A DNA stretch of 62,032 bases from Callorhinchus milii (Eukaryota), in assembly GCF_018977255.1 (NCBI RefSeq), contig NW_024705213.1, forward strand, positions 1 through 62,032, in the 5' to 3' direction. How positions within the stretch are numbered: the stretch's first letter is position 1; the number at the start of each line of letters is the position of its first letter. Shown here one piece after another: positions 1-13,200 of the stretch. The position numbers and the translations under genes are program-made. The notes beneath the pieces are model-generated. The model was not told where the DNA came from. It ran no database searches and saw only the letters and a list, made by a program, of their open reading frames with translations.

Positions 1-1023
1 GCGGTGCTGCTGCTGCTGCAAATATGTACGTCAAATACTACAAGTGCTGGGCCAGCGGCTGCTAGTTCTCACAAAGAGCAAGTGACCCTTGACCTGGGTC
101 GTTTGCTCTTTGAAAGCACACGGACCTCGAGTTGGGGCACTCGCATTCTGCTATTCCTGCGGAAAAGAAAGTGGATGTCATGGGAATGATGGGCAGTACA
201 TGAATAAAAGTGTATGCATTTTGATGTAACGATTTAACAAAAAAATAACAACCTTTGCTCGTTCCATGTGTGTCGACCGTTGTGCATTCAATAATAACTC
301 GTCAAAAAACAACAACCGGCCTACTGGTCTCTTGCACTCACATGTATGAGTAAAGATCCATTTTGTAGAGCCTTAGAGTATGCTCATTAAAAAAAACATA
401 GCAATTGCACAATAGATAGTTGTTTACTGACACTTATTCTCTGCTGCCTGCAGTGTACATAACATTGTTACGAATTGGTTGATAATTGTTTTTTTTAACA
501 TCACTTACACAGCCCTTTGTCATTCCCCTGCTGGATTAAGGTTTCCCTGCGCTGTCAGTTATGAGCATCGTTTGACCATACCTCAACGTGTGGTTCATAT
601 AGACTGGTGAATGGGGAGGTGGATACACACGCCTGCTTCAGATATCACCCACCAATGACGTAAGCTAAGGCTGGGAATCAAACTCAGAGCTCATGGTTTC
701 TAGGGCAGAGTGCTCACATTGCTCCACCCCACAAGGGAGTAACTTTATAATTTTGAAAAAGCTATTATGACAAATAATTGCTTTTTTACAAGAAAAGCAT
801 GTATTATTACAAACGAAATTATTGCAAGAGAGAAAAACTGCAAATGTGCTTCTGTTACCGTTATTGACAGTGGTTTCTGGGGATTTAGAGTTTTTCATTG
901 AGATATTCTACAGGTGTACAGAAGGGATCTTTATAAATCTTACAGCAACTTGAGGTTCCGCTACGTTTTGATGATTTATAAATCCAGTTTAACAACGAAT
1001 TAGGCTTTCACGACCAATCTCAT

Positions 1024-1201
1024 CCATAATACAGTTTTTTTTGGGTTAGATCGCGTAAATATATAAATATGTCGTTAAACCTTCCCACCACCCGACACAG
1101 CCAATTAGTAAGGTTTGTCACGTAAACAGAATGTGGCCAATTCGTTACGAGTACAGCACACCGGTGTGTTGGAGAGCCAAGTCACAACATTTACAGATTT
1201 G
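1024..1201 (+). repeat. Dispersed repeat fragment (copy 1), truncated by the assembly gap; homologous to 50542-50715
   Basis: Shares long near-identical stretches with 50542-50715, e.g. AATTAGTAAGGTTTGTCACGTAAACAGAA and TGGCCAATTCGTTAC.AGTACAGCACACCGGTGTGTT. Family not identified. Confidence 0.85.
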
Positions 1202-1231
1202 NNNNNNNNNNNNNNNNNNNNNNNNNNNNNN
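1202..1231. other. Assembly gap (30 N)
   Basis: Run of 30 N characters. Confidence 1.
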
Positions 1232-4200
1232 TCAACACCTACGTTGCGTTCCAAAGTGCACGTCACGCCTGTAATGCTCGTGCTAGGTCTATGAAGTGGG
1301 GGACTAACAGTAACGTCAAGCGACTGTCGCCTGGGTGGCTAATAGATCCCTGACTCTGAAAGTGTCGGAGCCGACCGCAGGTGTTGCTTCGCGCACCTAA
1401 ATCAATCTAGCGCGTACCTCATCACCCAGCAGGGGGATACACCGAAGAAGACTCCTTTCCTGGCCTGTGGAAAATCGGCCTGTCTAGCGGACGCGTTCAG
1501 GTGACGAATGCGGCATCGAGTACGGATAGGACTAGTTGGCGCGCGCTAATAATTTACATACCGTGGTGTGCTGTATATTCCTGACACTCAAAATCGGAGT
1601 TACTCTTTGAACGACTAGAGCCATCATCGGGAGATTTTAACCCTATGTATATGGACAGAACCGCACAAGCTCACCGGAAGGACTAGGTTGAATCCACGCC
1701 TGGCTAGAACCCCCCTAGGGGGTTTCGCAGACCTGTTATGATTAAACTGGCCTTTGGGTTTGACCCCTAGAGCAACTCATGTAAACATCGTACGCAGGTG
1801 TAGGTCTTCCGAAGGCCGCCACGACTAATGATGCAGACGCGAGCAACTGCCATTCTGATAAAGATTAAGGGGCTGGGGCGACTAAATGCTTCCCACGCCT
1901 CCGCAGCGCAGTTCACGTTGGCTAGACTTCAATGTTATTCAATAACCATATGGAAGTTCTGGTGAGATTAGGTTTGCGTTGCAATGTGGCGGTCGGCACG
2001 CCGACGTCGACGTAAAACCGTGACCTCCCCTACTGCCAGACATACTCACCCGCCATGCTTTGGCTCAACTTGCTCACCATCAGGTGAGACAACCCTTATG
2101 TTCGGTCAGTTGTGCGGGCAAACACCTATGCGCGCCTAAATTATATGGGAGCCTGATCACGCGTCCTGTGAGTCATCATCGCCGACAACATTGCGGCCAA
2201 GCCAATACAGACGGTGCGGGGGTGAGGGTCTAATGAACACAGCGTTCGGTGGGGTTGGCAGCTACGGCTGCAGTTTTTGGTTGTGGCCGCCCTCAGGCAG
2301 CACTTCTCTGGGGGCGTGTAAAAACAAAAATTTGATCAGCGATTTGTTTCAATAGGTGGAGACAAGTCGATCAGTATGGTCGGGTGATCGAGAGAGGAAC
2401 CCAGAGGAAGCAGGGGCCCAGGCATCGTTTGAGGTAGTGTTAAAAAGATCTCTATGGGAGGCCTATTGGACGTCGGTCGCAACTCCGATTCAATGCTCGA
2501 CGCATCAATGTGAATGATACTTCAGAATATAAACTGCATAGTGGTTAAAAGACATGAAAATTCCAAGATCCAGCTAGAGCTGTACCTAATGTGGCTTTGT
2601 TCGCTCTGTAGGATGCGGCGGAAGATAAAATTGTGTGGACCCAGGCGCGTCATTTTTACAGATGCGGCCGAATCAATACCCCCGTTTACTCAACAGTAAG
2701 GTTAATGTATTGTATGAGACCCTCTATTACCCTTACGGAATTGCTGTCAAATCTACCACTTGCCTCCACGCAAAGGCTGACCTTGTAAAAGATATTTAGG
2801 TACCCCATTAGTGGAGCGTTAGTTCGCTGAGAGGGTTCAGTAAAGCGAATGATGTTGGTGTACCCCTGATTCAACATCGGCGGTTCGGGCTAGCGACTGC
2901 CTGCTAATAAGAAATTTCTGTCACCGGACGGGGGATGTGAGAGCGAGAGGATCGGAAGCCGCAGCATTAACGGCCACTATGTATCCCTTAGGATAAGTGC
3001 CCGGCTGCAAGCCTTCTGCCATATTCTCGTCGTCCGCTTTTGACCTGCGCTTAAGTAAAATACAAGGTAGGATTGTAGATCCAGTACGGCGCGCGACCCC
3101 GGGAAAGCTATTGGTTTCCGCGTTTTACCATAGCGCGTCGCTCCTAATTCAACATCCATTAGCAATGGTCCCACGCACGCCGTTTACTGGGGGCATTTGA
3201 TGTCCCGCTCTTTTCGCATTAGTCCGATGCAGGATAGGTAGTCACTTTTTACCTATCCTTCCCATGATGACGAAAGATGAAGTGCCACGTGTTAGATGCA
3301 TTCACCCACGGCCACTACTGTACATGACGGCCTGCGGGAGTACGCCCAACGTGAAAGTACGGGGGTTTAGCCAAGCGTTTCAGACGATATAATAGTTTCG
3401 CACAAGCGCGTCAGTATTAGGAGAAGAAGAAAGATTACTCATTGTAGCTGGCTAAGCTCGCAACTCAACACGAGTCCTGTTCCGGCTTGGCCGGCCATAT
3501 GTGACATTGCCCTTATAGGTTTGTGGGTTCAGTTCTGATTAATCAATAATTGTTTAGGAAAGCTCATTAGACCCGGACAAGCTACGTCCTACGTTAGAAC
3601 TTATTTTTGGTGGACACGGAACTCGTGCTCTCCAACATACCCCCGTCTCTACGAATGTTAGACTGTCGGCACAGGAGACACTCTACTTGGGTTTAATAAC
3701 TTTCTCAGTTCTGCGGCATTTCATACACAAAGGCCGAAAGCGCGATCATTAACAGACTTCGGGATCTCGTCGTCAGGCTATACAAGTACGGGATCTATGA
3801 TGCGACGCGCGTAAAAAGGATTACTGACCTGTTCAATAAAATACACTAGGCTTATCCAAGCAACCTTATATATTTATAACCCGAACGTGAACGGTCCTCG
3901 AGGAGTATTCGCAATTGCATGTGGATGCTTCCAGTTTGTATATCCAGGGCTCTAAAAGCGACGCAATCATGTCATAACGCGGCTAGTGCAATAATAGCGC
4001 GTTGAAATGGCTGGCACTGTGATCTGCTTACGCGGATGTCATTGCCGTAACACGGGGGCCTGGATGTAGCCTCCACTCAATGTTGGCTAAAAGTTCCGAC
4101 ACAACATACAGCGAGAATACACGGCAAACAATCCGGAAGGCTGAACGTAGAGCACTCTGACACATACGGCGCCGATTCGATGCGCATTAGGAGGTAGGTT

Positions 4201-7200
4201 TACGATACTCTCTGCATATAGACAATGAATTGATCGCCATCGGTTAAGATAGCTGAAACGTGCGAACTTGGTCCCTCGGGTGGGAAAGTGTCATGCTGGA
4301 CACCACGGACTCAATTTCATACGATAACGGCGAGCTCAGTCTAGACAGTTTCCTAAACAGCACCCCTAGCGTATTTGGATAATACAAAGTCAGCACTCGG
4401 TTGGAAACTGCTGGTTCTCTTGCCTCACCGGCACTTGGGACGTTCTTAGGATCATTAGGTCCATATGACCCATAATGGACTTCGAAACGGTGGTTCAGAA
4501 CGTCCACGAAATGTGAGTACTTAGCGCAAGCTGAGTGCCCGGCGGCCCAACTCACAGACCCTACCTGAGCTGTGAGAGTGCAGTCCGACGCCGCGCGTTG
4601 TAGAACCTCCCCTATCCAGCGATCCAAAAGAAAAAAGGGGCCTGCGGCCAAACCGGGTGAAGTGAACCCGCAGCGGTGAAACGGAACTTGGACTTTTAAG
4701 CTGATATCCTTAATAACATGAACAAAGGGAAAGCACCCACACGATTGTGCGTTGAACCCAATGACTGTGGATTGGCAGTGTACGCAACACATTGCCCGGC
4801 GTTCGCGCGACTAGTGCGTGGTCCATGGTCCGCATAACAAAACTCCATTGAATAATAAATGAGTAACAGCAGTACGCGTCCTGGTTAATCTAAGCGATGG
4901 CTGGCCACCAGTGAACCAGCGCGAGTTTCTATCCCAAGATGTCTTGCTGCCTACGAGAACTATAAATGTTCTTCTCTTAAGACTCTCTTCACATACCAGG
5001 CGGAGGGAAATAGCAGTCTGTTTAACGTCGCTTTGAGGAAAGAGATGCACATCAATATAGAAGCCAAAATCCTAACGCATGTTCAACAAGATGGGTGTAA
5101 CGTACGCACTCAATTCATGTAAAGAGGGTATCAGCATAACAAGGCGTTCAGGATTTCTGGCTTTGACCAAGGCCAAAGCCAAAACGGGCTAGATTGATAC
5201 TGATACTTAGCACTGGCCACAGGCCTCGCCTGGTTCGACATTGTAGCCTGTGCATATCAGGAGCCCGAGCACTTGACCTGTGTCCTGTGCCTCGAGCGAT
5301 GGCATAGTTCCAGACTATAAGTTCTTTGTGCTCAATTCCAGGTGGGTGACGATCCGGTCTGGTAGAAAATGATTCGATAATGTTCGATGATGGAAGATCT
5401 GCAGGAACGGCGGAATAGGGGCTTGCGGGCGGCATAGGCCGGTTAGGTCGGGCGTCGAGTCCGGCTTGTTCGCTCGGTAATACGCATGGGATCAAGAACC
5501 GTTTAATGCTAAACTGTGGTTCGTTTGGGTCCCACGAGGACATGGGAAAGGCCCTTGGTCGTACCCACTATTTGCAAAAACTAGCTAAGCTGACGACCGG
5601 AAAATTGCTAACGGTTGTCTAAGTTGGGAGGAACCAGACCAGGATAACAGGTTCCCATTCTAGGGATACGAGTTATCGACCTATGGATGCACAATATGCT
5701 CACAGGATGAAATCATCAAGATTAGTAGAGTAGAGTAAACGACCCCAGGATCGTGTATTTAGCCTTACCTAAGGACTGAGTTACTTTAACGCCGCCAGCC
5801 CGCGGGAGGACGCCACCAAAAGACGCTTCCGTGGTACAACCCTGATCTCTTACTCCGTTACGCATGGCGGGAGGTCGGGCAGTTTAGCACGCAGCGATCG
5901 GAGGTCCGAGACCCCGGGAGCGATTGTTTAACTGGGAAGTTCCTGGATAGGAACCGCTTTGTCGGGAAATGGTGTTCTGCAGCTGACCAATTCGCCCGCC
6001 ACTTACTATGCTTGGGCTTTTGTATAATGACGCGCAAGCTTTTCTGGATTGGTCGTATTGGCATGGGGAGAAAACGGTCCATCTATTTATGGAGATGAAC
6101 GATTCGCTCTTGCTGGCATTATCAGCCCGCATTGGTCAGAAGCATCTGCCGCTCGAGGATGACAACTTTGATGAAGCCTCAACGATACTATCTGTCGCCC
6201 CGTCCACTCGGGTCGAATTGGAGTAGGGTAGGGAAGGTTATACTGAAACTCGTCGATTGCTGTTATTTTGTACTAGTAGTGGGCGTATGCTATTACGACG
6301 GCCACTTATCCTAGGACGTGAGCGCGGCGTTCAAGGGACACTTTTCACGATCGCAAAACTTTGAGCTATCGGCGACGCAGCCGCTTCGGAACAAGGCAGG
6401 AAGACTTTTTGCAGTGGGCCGCTAAGGGGGAAACTGTTGATGGCTAACCTAAGAAATCTACGGGGGTAATTCTACCTGTTTGGGATCAACCCATATGCAT
6501 AGGTCAACGACGTATGGAATATGTTTTAACCTGCGTACACCAGCGAATGCAGCGTCCATGGTCGCTTAAGGGTAGGCCTGATAAATGCCCTCAATCTCCC
6601 TGAGCATCTCGGCTTCAATCTTAGTGGGCCCGGGGAAGGGACCCTGAACGGGGGCCGCCCGGCTACTATACTACGCTATGGGCATCCTCACAACGCGTTA
6701 GAGGGGCCCTAAGTCATCCGGTGAAGACCCGAACCTTGACTATCCTCGCAATAACGCTATCCTTGTATATGAAGCGCCACGTCAACCGGAGCTATACCGA
6801 CTCTTCAAGGAGGGTAGACCTGATTCGCAGGTCGATTAAATCGCATCTTGATGCGCCTTGGTTGAGTTCGCGGTATTGCCGCAATCCATACATTCTAGTT
6901 CTACGTACAGACACCGTAACACCTTTCTTTGGAGAAATTTGCTTTCTGAACACCATGTTGACCCCGCTCCGCTGTATCAGGTTGCATACGTACTCGTCCG
7001 TTTACCTACGCGGGAAAGAAATACCTATAGCGAGAAGATGGACCGCGGTATGACCGTCATCCGCCAGCAAAACTGGCAACCGTTGGTAACTCACGAAACC
7101 TTGGGGCTTTAAACACATCCGGATGTGAATTTTTGCAACGTTGTAACCCTAAACACTAGTCCTCAGCGAAACCGACACTCATGAATAGTAGGGCGGTATA

Positions 7201-10200
7201 TGAGTACTACCAACGATGGAACCAATGGAGAATGCAGGGACAGGGCCGCTCTGTTTAGATCTGAACCTACCTTATCTCACTTGGCACATGGGAGATGATC
7301 AGGCGCATATTTCGTGTCCTCATTCACGTGGCCGAAAACACTCGCATAGAGAATTGTCGAAGGCTGGTGGACCTTAAACCGGTATGATCGGTTGAGAAAC
7401 GCTTAATTTTTGAGACGCGAATGACGTTGCGCGTCAACTTAAGCTTGACAAATAGTCTGCTTTCCATAGTAGGTCATACCAAGGTAATCCCTGCTCACAT
7501 GCTCCGTAGCACCCCGGCTCCGATAGCTACAGGCCTTCCCCGAGCCGCTATTTCTTATTCGGGTGCCCCAGGTTAAGCAAGGACTCGTTAGTTGCTAGTC
7601 TAAGATTGGCCTCACTGATGACCAAACAGTCGCGAACGTTCTTGCTTAGGCCTATACCTCTATCATTGCCGTCACCACAAAGCGCCATTTTAGGATCTGC
7701 AATATTCTTCCTTCGACAATGACGCGGAAATGTAAATGAGCCTATGACAACCGTGAACAGAACCGCCACCCGCACCTCATGACTGTTGTCAGCGCGCCTT
7801 TCGTCGATATGCGAATACAGTTCGCCCTATTCATCTCTCATGTGGACTTTCGGCGGAGTAATGCTATTCTGATGGGCATACGAAATTCGCGCTTAGATTC
7901 TTGACCATATTTTCTAAACCCCCGCGGGTGGATCCATATCCCCTCCAGTGAATCTACTATGGACAGGTGATCCTACCATAGTATTAGTACATTCGTTCTG
8001 AGTACGATGCACCAGGACAATACAATACGCTGTATATAGTGCAGAGAATTAATAATAGTATCCAGTTACACCTCAAACTCCAAGTCGGTGTAGCTAAGCA
8101 TCCTGGCGTTAAAGCCGTGGTTCACCAGCCTTGACGCTTCCACATTTGGAGTATCCAAGGCAAATTATGGCAGCGATAACCGTAATGCAATGAAAGAAGT
8201 CCACCTTGATCCTGCAGTTACCACGTACCACCAACTCACTAGACCGGACACAGCCAGGTTATAACGTGGCGAGTGTGCCGGAGTTGACCCGCCTTCTCGA
8301 CAGGCTGTGTCCGCCCACGCGACCCACCCGTCATGTATGGGATCTAGGTAGTTGCGATCCACTTGATTCCTCTCCCCCTGAATAGTCGGATGGGCCGACC
8401 AAGAATGTTCACGGGATGAGGGTACTCTATTGCTAAATCGTGCTGAATAACCAATATATATTAAAGCCAAAAGACCACGAATTAAGCCAATTGGGCAATA
8501 TAATTTGGCCAGAGCGGTCCAAAGTTCTAGGATTCGAGGCTTTAGTCGAATGCATTTCATCTTTCCTATACCTCACTACTATCCTCACGATGCCAAAGTT
8601 TTTAACTCTTAGCTTAGCCCATATTGTTATCGATTGGCAAAGCTAATTAGACGTAGTCGAAGACATCGCCTCGTATCTCGCTTCACGATGACAATCGCTA
8701 GAGCAACTATACTTGCAAATTTTAAAGGCGAGGGGACAGGTGCTGTCGACGTACGCTCTAGAGCGGCCCCTTGACGATCCGAACGCGTGCTTTGACATTT
8801 GTTGACAGTGGAACCGAGTGCGGGGCACATGTAATGATCGCTGAGTGTAATTGTGGACATGATTCTGAGCCCACGTTAATCCAAGTAAACCAATTGGGAA
8901 GAGACACTGCCGCCACCTACGCTATTGGGTAATAAGGAAGCCTCGAAAATTAGTTTGGCCCAGACGACGCAGTTGGGTTAGCCGCGCTGGAACCGCTCAT
9001 TCCCAGTCTGATGCACCACAGGGACGTTCTAAATAAGATCAGGGTCGTGTAACGTATTACGTCGTAGCCCTATCTGAGACGCTGACAATTGGGACCGGTT
9101 GTAATATCCGCAAAGATGGCTTACGCCTATTAGTCTCCTGGGTTGGACCGACGACGCGTAGATATTTCACTTGCTCTTTTAGCTGAGGCTGTGTATCCCA
9201 TCTACGCTTCTCGTATATGAAGGTTAGGCAATGCTATAGGCCCGTCAGGTTCGGTGCTCGACTTGTAATCCATCGATTAACTCGTTAGGTAACGGAGGCC
9301 ATACGCAGTTGTGGAAAACTGGTATTGGCACACCAAAGTCCATACGAAGTTCTCCTTGACCAAGTACATCGGATGCCTAAAGCGGCATTTATGTGTCAAC
9401 GGGAAGTCTCTTTCCTGTGAGGGCCCTGGGTACTACCCTACTATAGAAGCTCCTAGTATGGCAAGTGTTGCTATTACTGAAACATCTGGTAAGCGAATAA
9501 TGGAAGGGCAAATCAAGTTATAGATGGGCTTAAACGGTGTGACGACTAGAGCAGCACGGCATTGTGTTCGTCCCCTTAGATAGTATAAATTCAGTAGGCG
9601 TCACACCATAAGACTGCAACTGAAAGGCAGCTGCCCCATACGCGCTTGCATTTGAGTGAGATACATAGTCAAGGTCACGTAGTTCGCGTCCCTGTCCCTC
9701 AGGCCGGCCGAATTAATTAGAGCAAATGTCACCCTTCACATCTGTTGACGCTACTGGATTGACACCGCGTCCGTGGAGGAGGATGACAATGTGCATAGAA
9801 GAGAGGTGGCCTTGTAGGACATTCGAGGCAGCTACTTACCACGTCCTTATAGTCATTTGAAAGTTCCAATAAAATGATGTAAACAAGGCGTTGCAAAGGA
9901 AATTTACCTTCATTGAAGTCAAATGTTTTTAGGCAACCTCTTGTGACGGGCAATCATTCCGTTGCCCCTTAGAATTCAGAATTTAATTACGTTCGGCCGT
10001 CTTTCTTCGTGTATACGAATTATTTAGTGCGGCATATATGTGGTCGTAGCGAAAGGAAACGCAGCTAGCGCACGTTGATTTGTCCCATTTCTTAACAGAC
10101 TACTGTGTTGCGATTACGCAATATACCTTCTTTTTCCAGATGTCGAAGATCTTGGAACCCAATTAAGATGAATAGCCGCATCCATTGCCGTTACAGTGGC

Positions 10201-13200
10201 ACGAAAGGCCACCGGGTCCGAGTGGCTTACTATCGAGAAGGAAGATTAATTACAACGTCGGCCACCCGAGCACCTCAAAGTTCCGCTGTCACTGCCGAGA
10301 TGAGACGGTCTAGTGAGCGTCCTGTGGCGACTCCTCATAGAAGGGGAGCCCTCGAGCACATTGTCGGTTAAGAAAAGGCAAGCTCGGAACCAGGGGTCTC
10401 CTACGGAGTAACTAGATACTCAGACATGTCTGTAACCGCTTCTAACACGACGGCGACTTTTACGTGATTACGCTGTTCGATGGCGGTAGGAAGGGTGTAA
10501 GAGCACTATCTGTCATCAACGGGTGAGGCCTGGAATGGCGAGCTCGCGGGAGTACTGCTTAGATAGAGCGTATCTTCTAATGTAGGGGTTATCCAATATA
10601 CGTGGCCTTCTAGAACACACTTGCACTCTCGACGGTCCTTGCTGACGGCTACCCTTGAAGGATCTGTAAACGTCAAGACCGCCTCGTCATATTTGATTGC
10701 CCGACCACCATAAGGGCGGGAGAATACTTGTCGCTACATGGTGCTTATAAGTGCTCTCGTCAAACTGGTCTCGGGGATGAGCATTTAGTGTGATCATTCT
10801 TTGGGTTCTACGTGGATTAAGTGCGCTTAATGTGGAATTCGAACAGAATGGCATGAGCCTGCACGGTCAGATTTTTTCTTATCTGTAGAAGGGCACTCGG
10901 GCGCCTCTGGAGTCATAACTATAGGTAGACATCATAGACCATTGGTCGCCTCACGCTACAAGAGTTATATCCGAGAACATTTTTAGTAATGAGCCACTTC
11001 AACCCCTCGCTAGACAACTGCAATGGAAAAATTTGGACGGCCAACATTCTGACAGTTCGTGAACTGACGTGTTTGTGCAATAGTCTTGGGGTTACCGAAT
11101 ACGCGGGAGGAAGTCAACCTAGCACTAGCCTCTGACGCTTGATGGGCGCACGTGCCTACGATCCGCCAGTTTATCAAAGAGTAAAACATGCTGTGAGTCT
11201 CGCAAAAGACGCGACTGAAGGTAAACGTTGTGTGACAGGTATAAGTAGAGGACGCAGATAAGGCACTAAATCAGCCTTAGTATGCACCAAATTTGGCTGG
11301 CTACCATGTTGCGTTAGGGGTTTTACTACAGTACTCTGACGGTCCGAAGAGTCACATGATACAAATGCAAGGCGGATCGGCCAGGTATATACGGGAACTA
11401 GGTGGAAACGTGGCAGACGTCTCGGTACAATCTGGCTGGCAGTCGTTGAACATACATAGCACGTGATACTTTATAAGGCATAACTATACATCGAGAAAGT
11501 CAGGCAATCGAACAAAATGAATGTGATACATGTACTAACTCGTGCGCCGGACAGAACTCTGCCATGTCCCGAGAGATCCCAGGCCAGTCAACTTCTTTCT
11601 GCCAGGAACTGCTTATGGTGACCGAGCACGCGTGAGTGCGCGGCCTCGGTCACTCAAGGGTACACGGGCTTCCTAATGGTCGGAGAGCAACGGGAAACAA
11701 CGACCCTTCGCAGGTCCAATGGTATACAGACCCGGTTGGTGGCTCTCCTCTCACCAGATTATCTTAGTAAAATCCCGATCAATCGCATCGGAACTAGAAC
11801 GTTAGTAGTCGGGCGGTGCAGCTATGTTACACTCCAAGAATCTGTGGCTCGCTCATGCGGATGCACTGCTCAACGTGTCGCCTACCCATTAGAGCCCCCT
11901 ACAAGGAGCTCTTCCAAACTTGCATTCGCCTATGAGACGATTTAAGTATAGATACTCGGCTAAAAGCTTCCACTGGATGTTAAAATGCCTGGGTCAATTA
12001 GAGCGTTGGGGGTGTCGCATGTACATCATGGTCGCGTGCGCTATAGGATAAACTCCACCGCGTCTATGATTATATGGCACAGATCTGCGACACGTAATGA
12101 CACCAGGAATGAGGGCGAGCGCTCACACGACAGCGGATGTCGACGAGTATAAATGTCAAGCCGCTGGGGTAGACACCCACACCATTTCTGTCTGAAGGAT
12201 GACTAACAGCTGATAGCTGTCGGAAAGATCCGATTCTCAATGTGTTTAGTATGGGAGGAGGATAGGGACACACTGAGATCGATATAACCGACCAGTCTCT
12301 GTCTGGCGGGGCCAATGGTAGAAGACTAGCAAACTGGGCCGTATTCCCTCCATGACCTACACCTTTATACGTGAGGAGTCAACTACTGTAGAGAGAGCGA
12401 GCTACATGAAGCGCCTGAGAAGATGCCCGACGGCGTCCTTATGCACATTCTCTAAAATTCCTGCCTAGTGCTAGATCTCGTTTCCAACCCCGCTATCTCG
12501 AAAGCTCTTTGTTTAAAATTAATTGGAAGTGGCGCCTACTTTCTCCGGATTCGTTCGTACAAATTCTATCTGCTTACCTCGGAAATTGTGCGCTAATTGA
12601 GACCGAGACTACGTTACCTTGAAGGCGCGTTCAGACGCGGGAGCTTATGGCTACCATGCTAGTATCCGTATCCGGGATACTTAGGGTTGCGAGTATGTCT
12701 ATGTCTGGCGGAGTTGCTAGAATCAAACGGCATGGTTCGCACTAAGCTCTTACCAAATACACTCGACCTTAAGCGATAGGGCACGCTGCCTCGAATACGA
12801 TGAACTCACCGACCAGATCCAACCACGCCCTGAAGACTTCCTATTTACGAGCGGAAAGGGAACGGAATCAACTCTCGACGACGACACGCTCCCCGAGGAA
12901 AGACAATCAGACACTATCGCTGCAGGGCATCTCCGTAACTCCTTTTACCCTACCCATAGAAGACTTCCAATAGAGACACTTTTGCTTAGGCCCGCGTTGG
13001 TATGACACCGGCTGCTCCATATAGAGGCGATGCAGGAGAACACTTAGCTCAAGTCGCTATACCGAGAAACCGTCCCCGGGGTGTCCGCGAATCGAACTGG
13101 ATCTTGACTATCACGCTATACGCGCTGTCATTCGTTTTATATGCCTGAATGGTTTGGTGCGTGAGAGACGCATTTTGATATGGACAGCTATTTTAACTCG

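Noticed and set aside
1711-1722. 12-bp palindrome CCCCCTAGGGGG, and similar short hairpins (e.g. ~38609-38628, ~39281-39306)
   Set aside because: About 10 perfect 12-bp palindromes are expected by chance in 42 kb.
4244-4792. Longest ORF in the central block (182 aa, minus strand)
   Set aside because: No recognisable motif, and its length is expected by chance (~0.6 such ORFs in 42 kb of random sequence).
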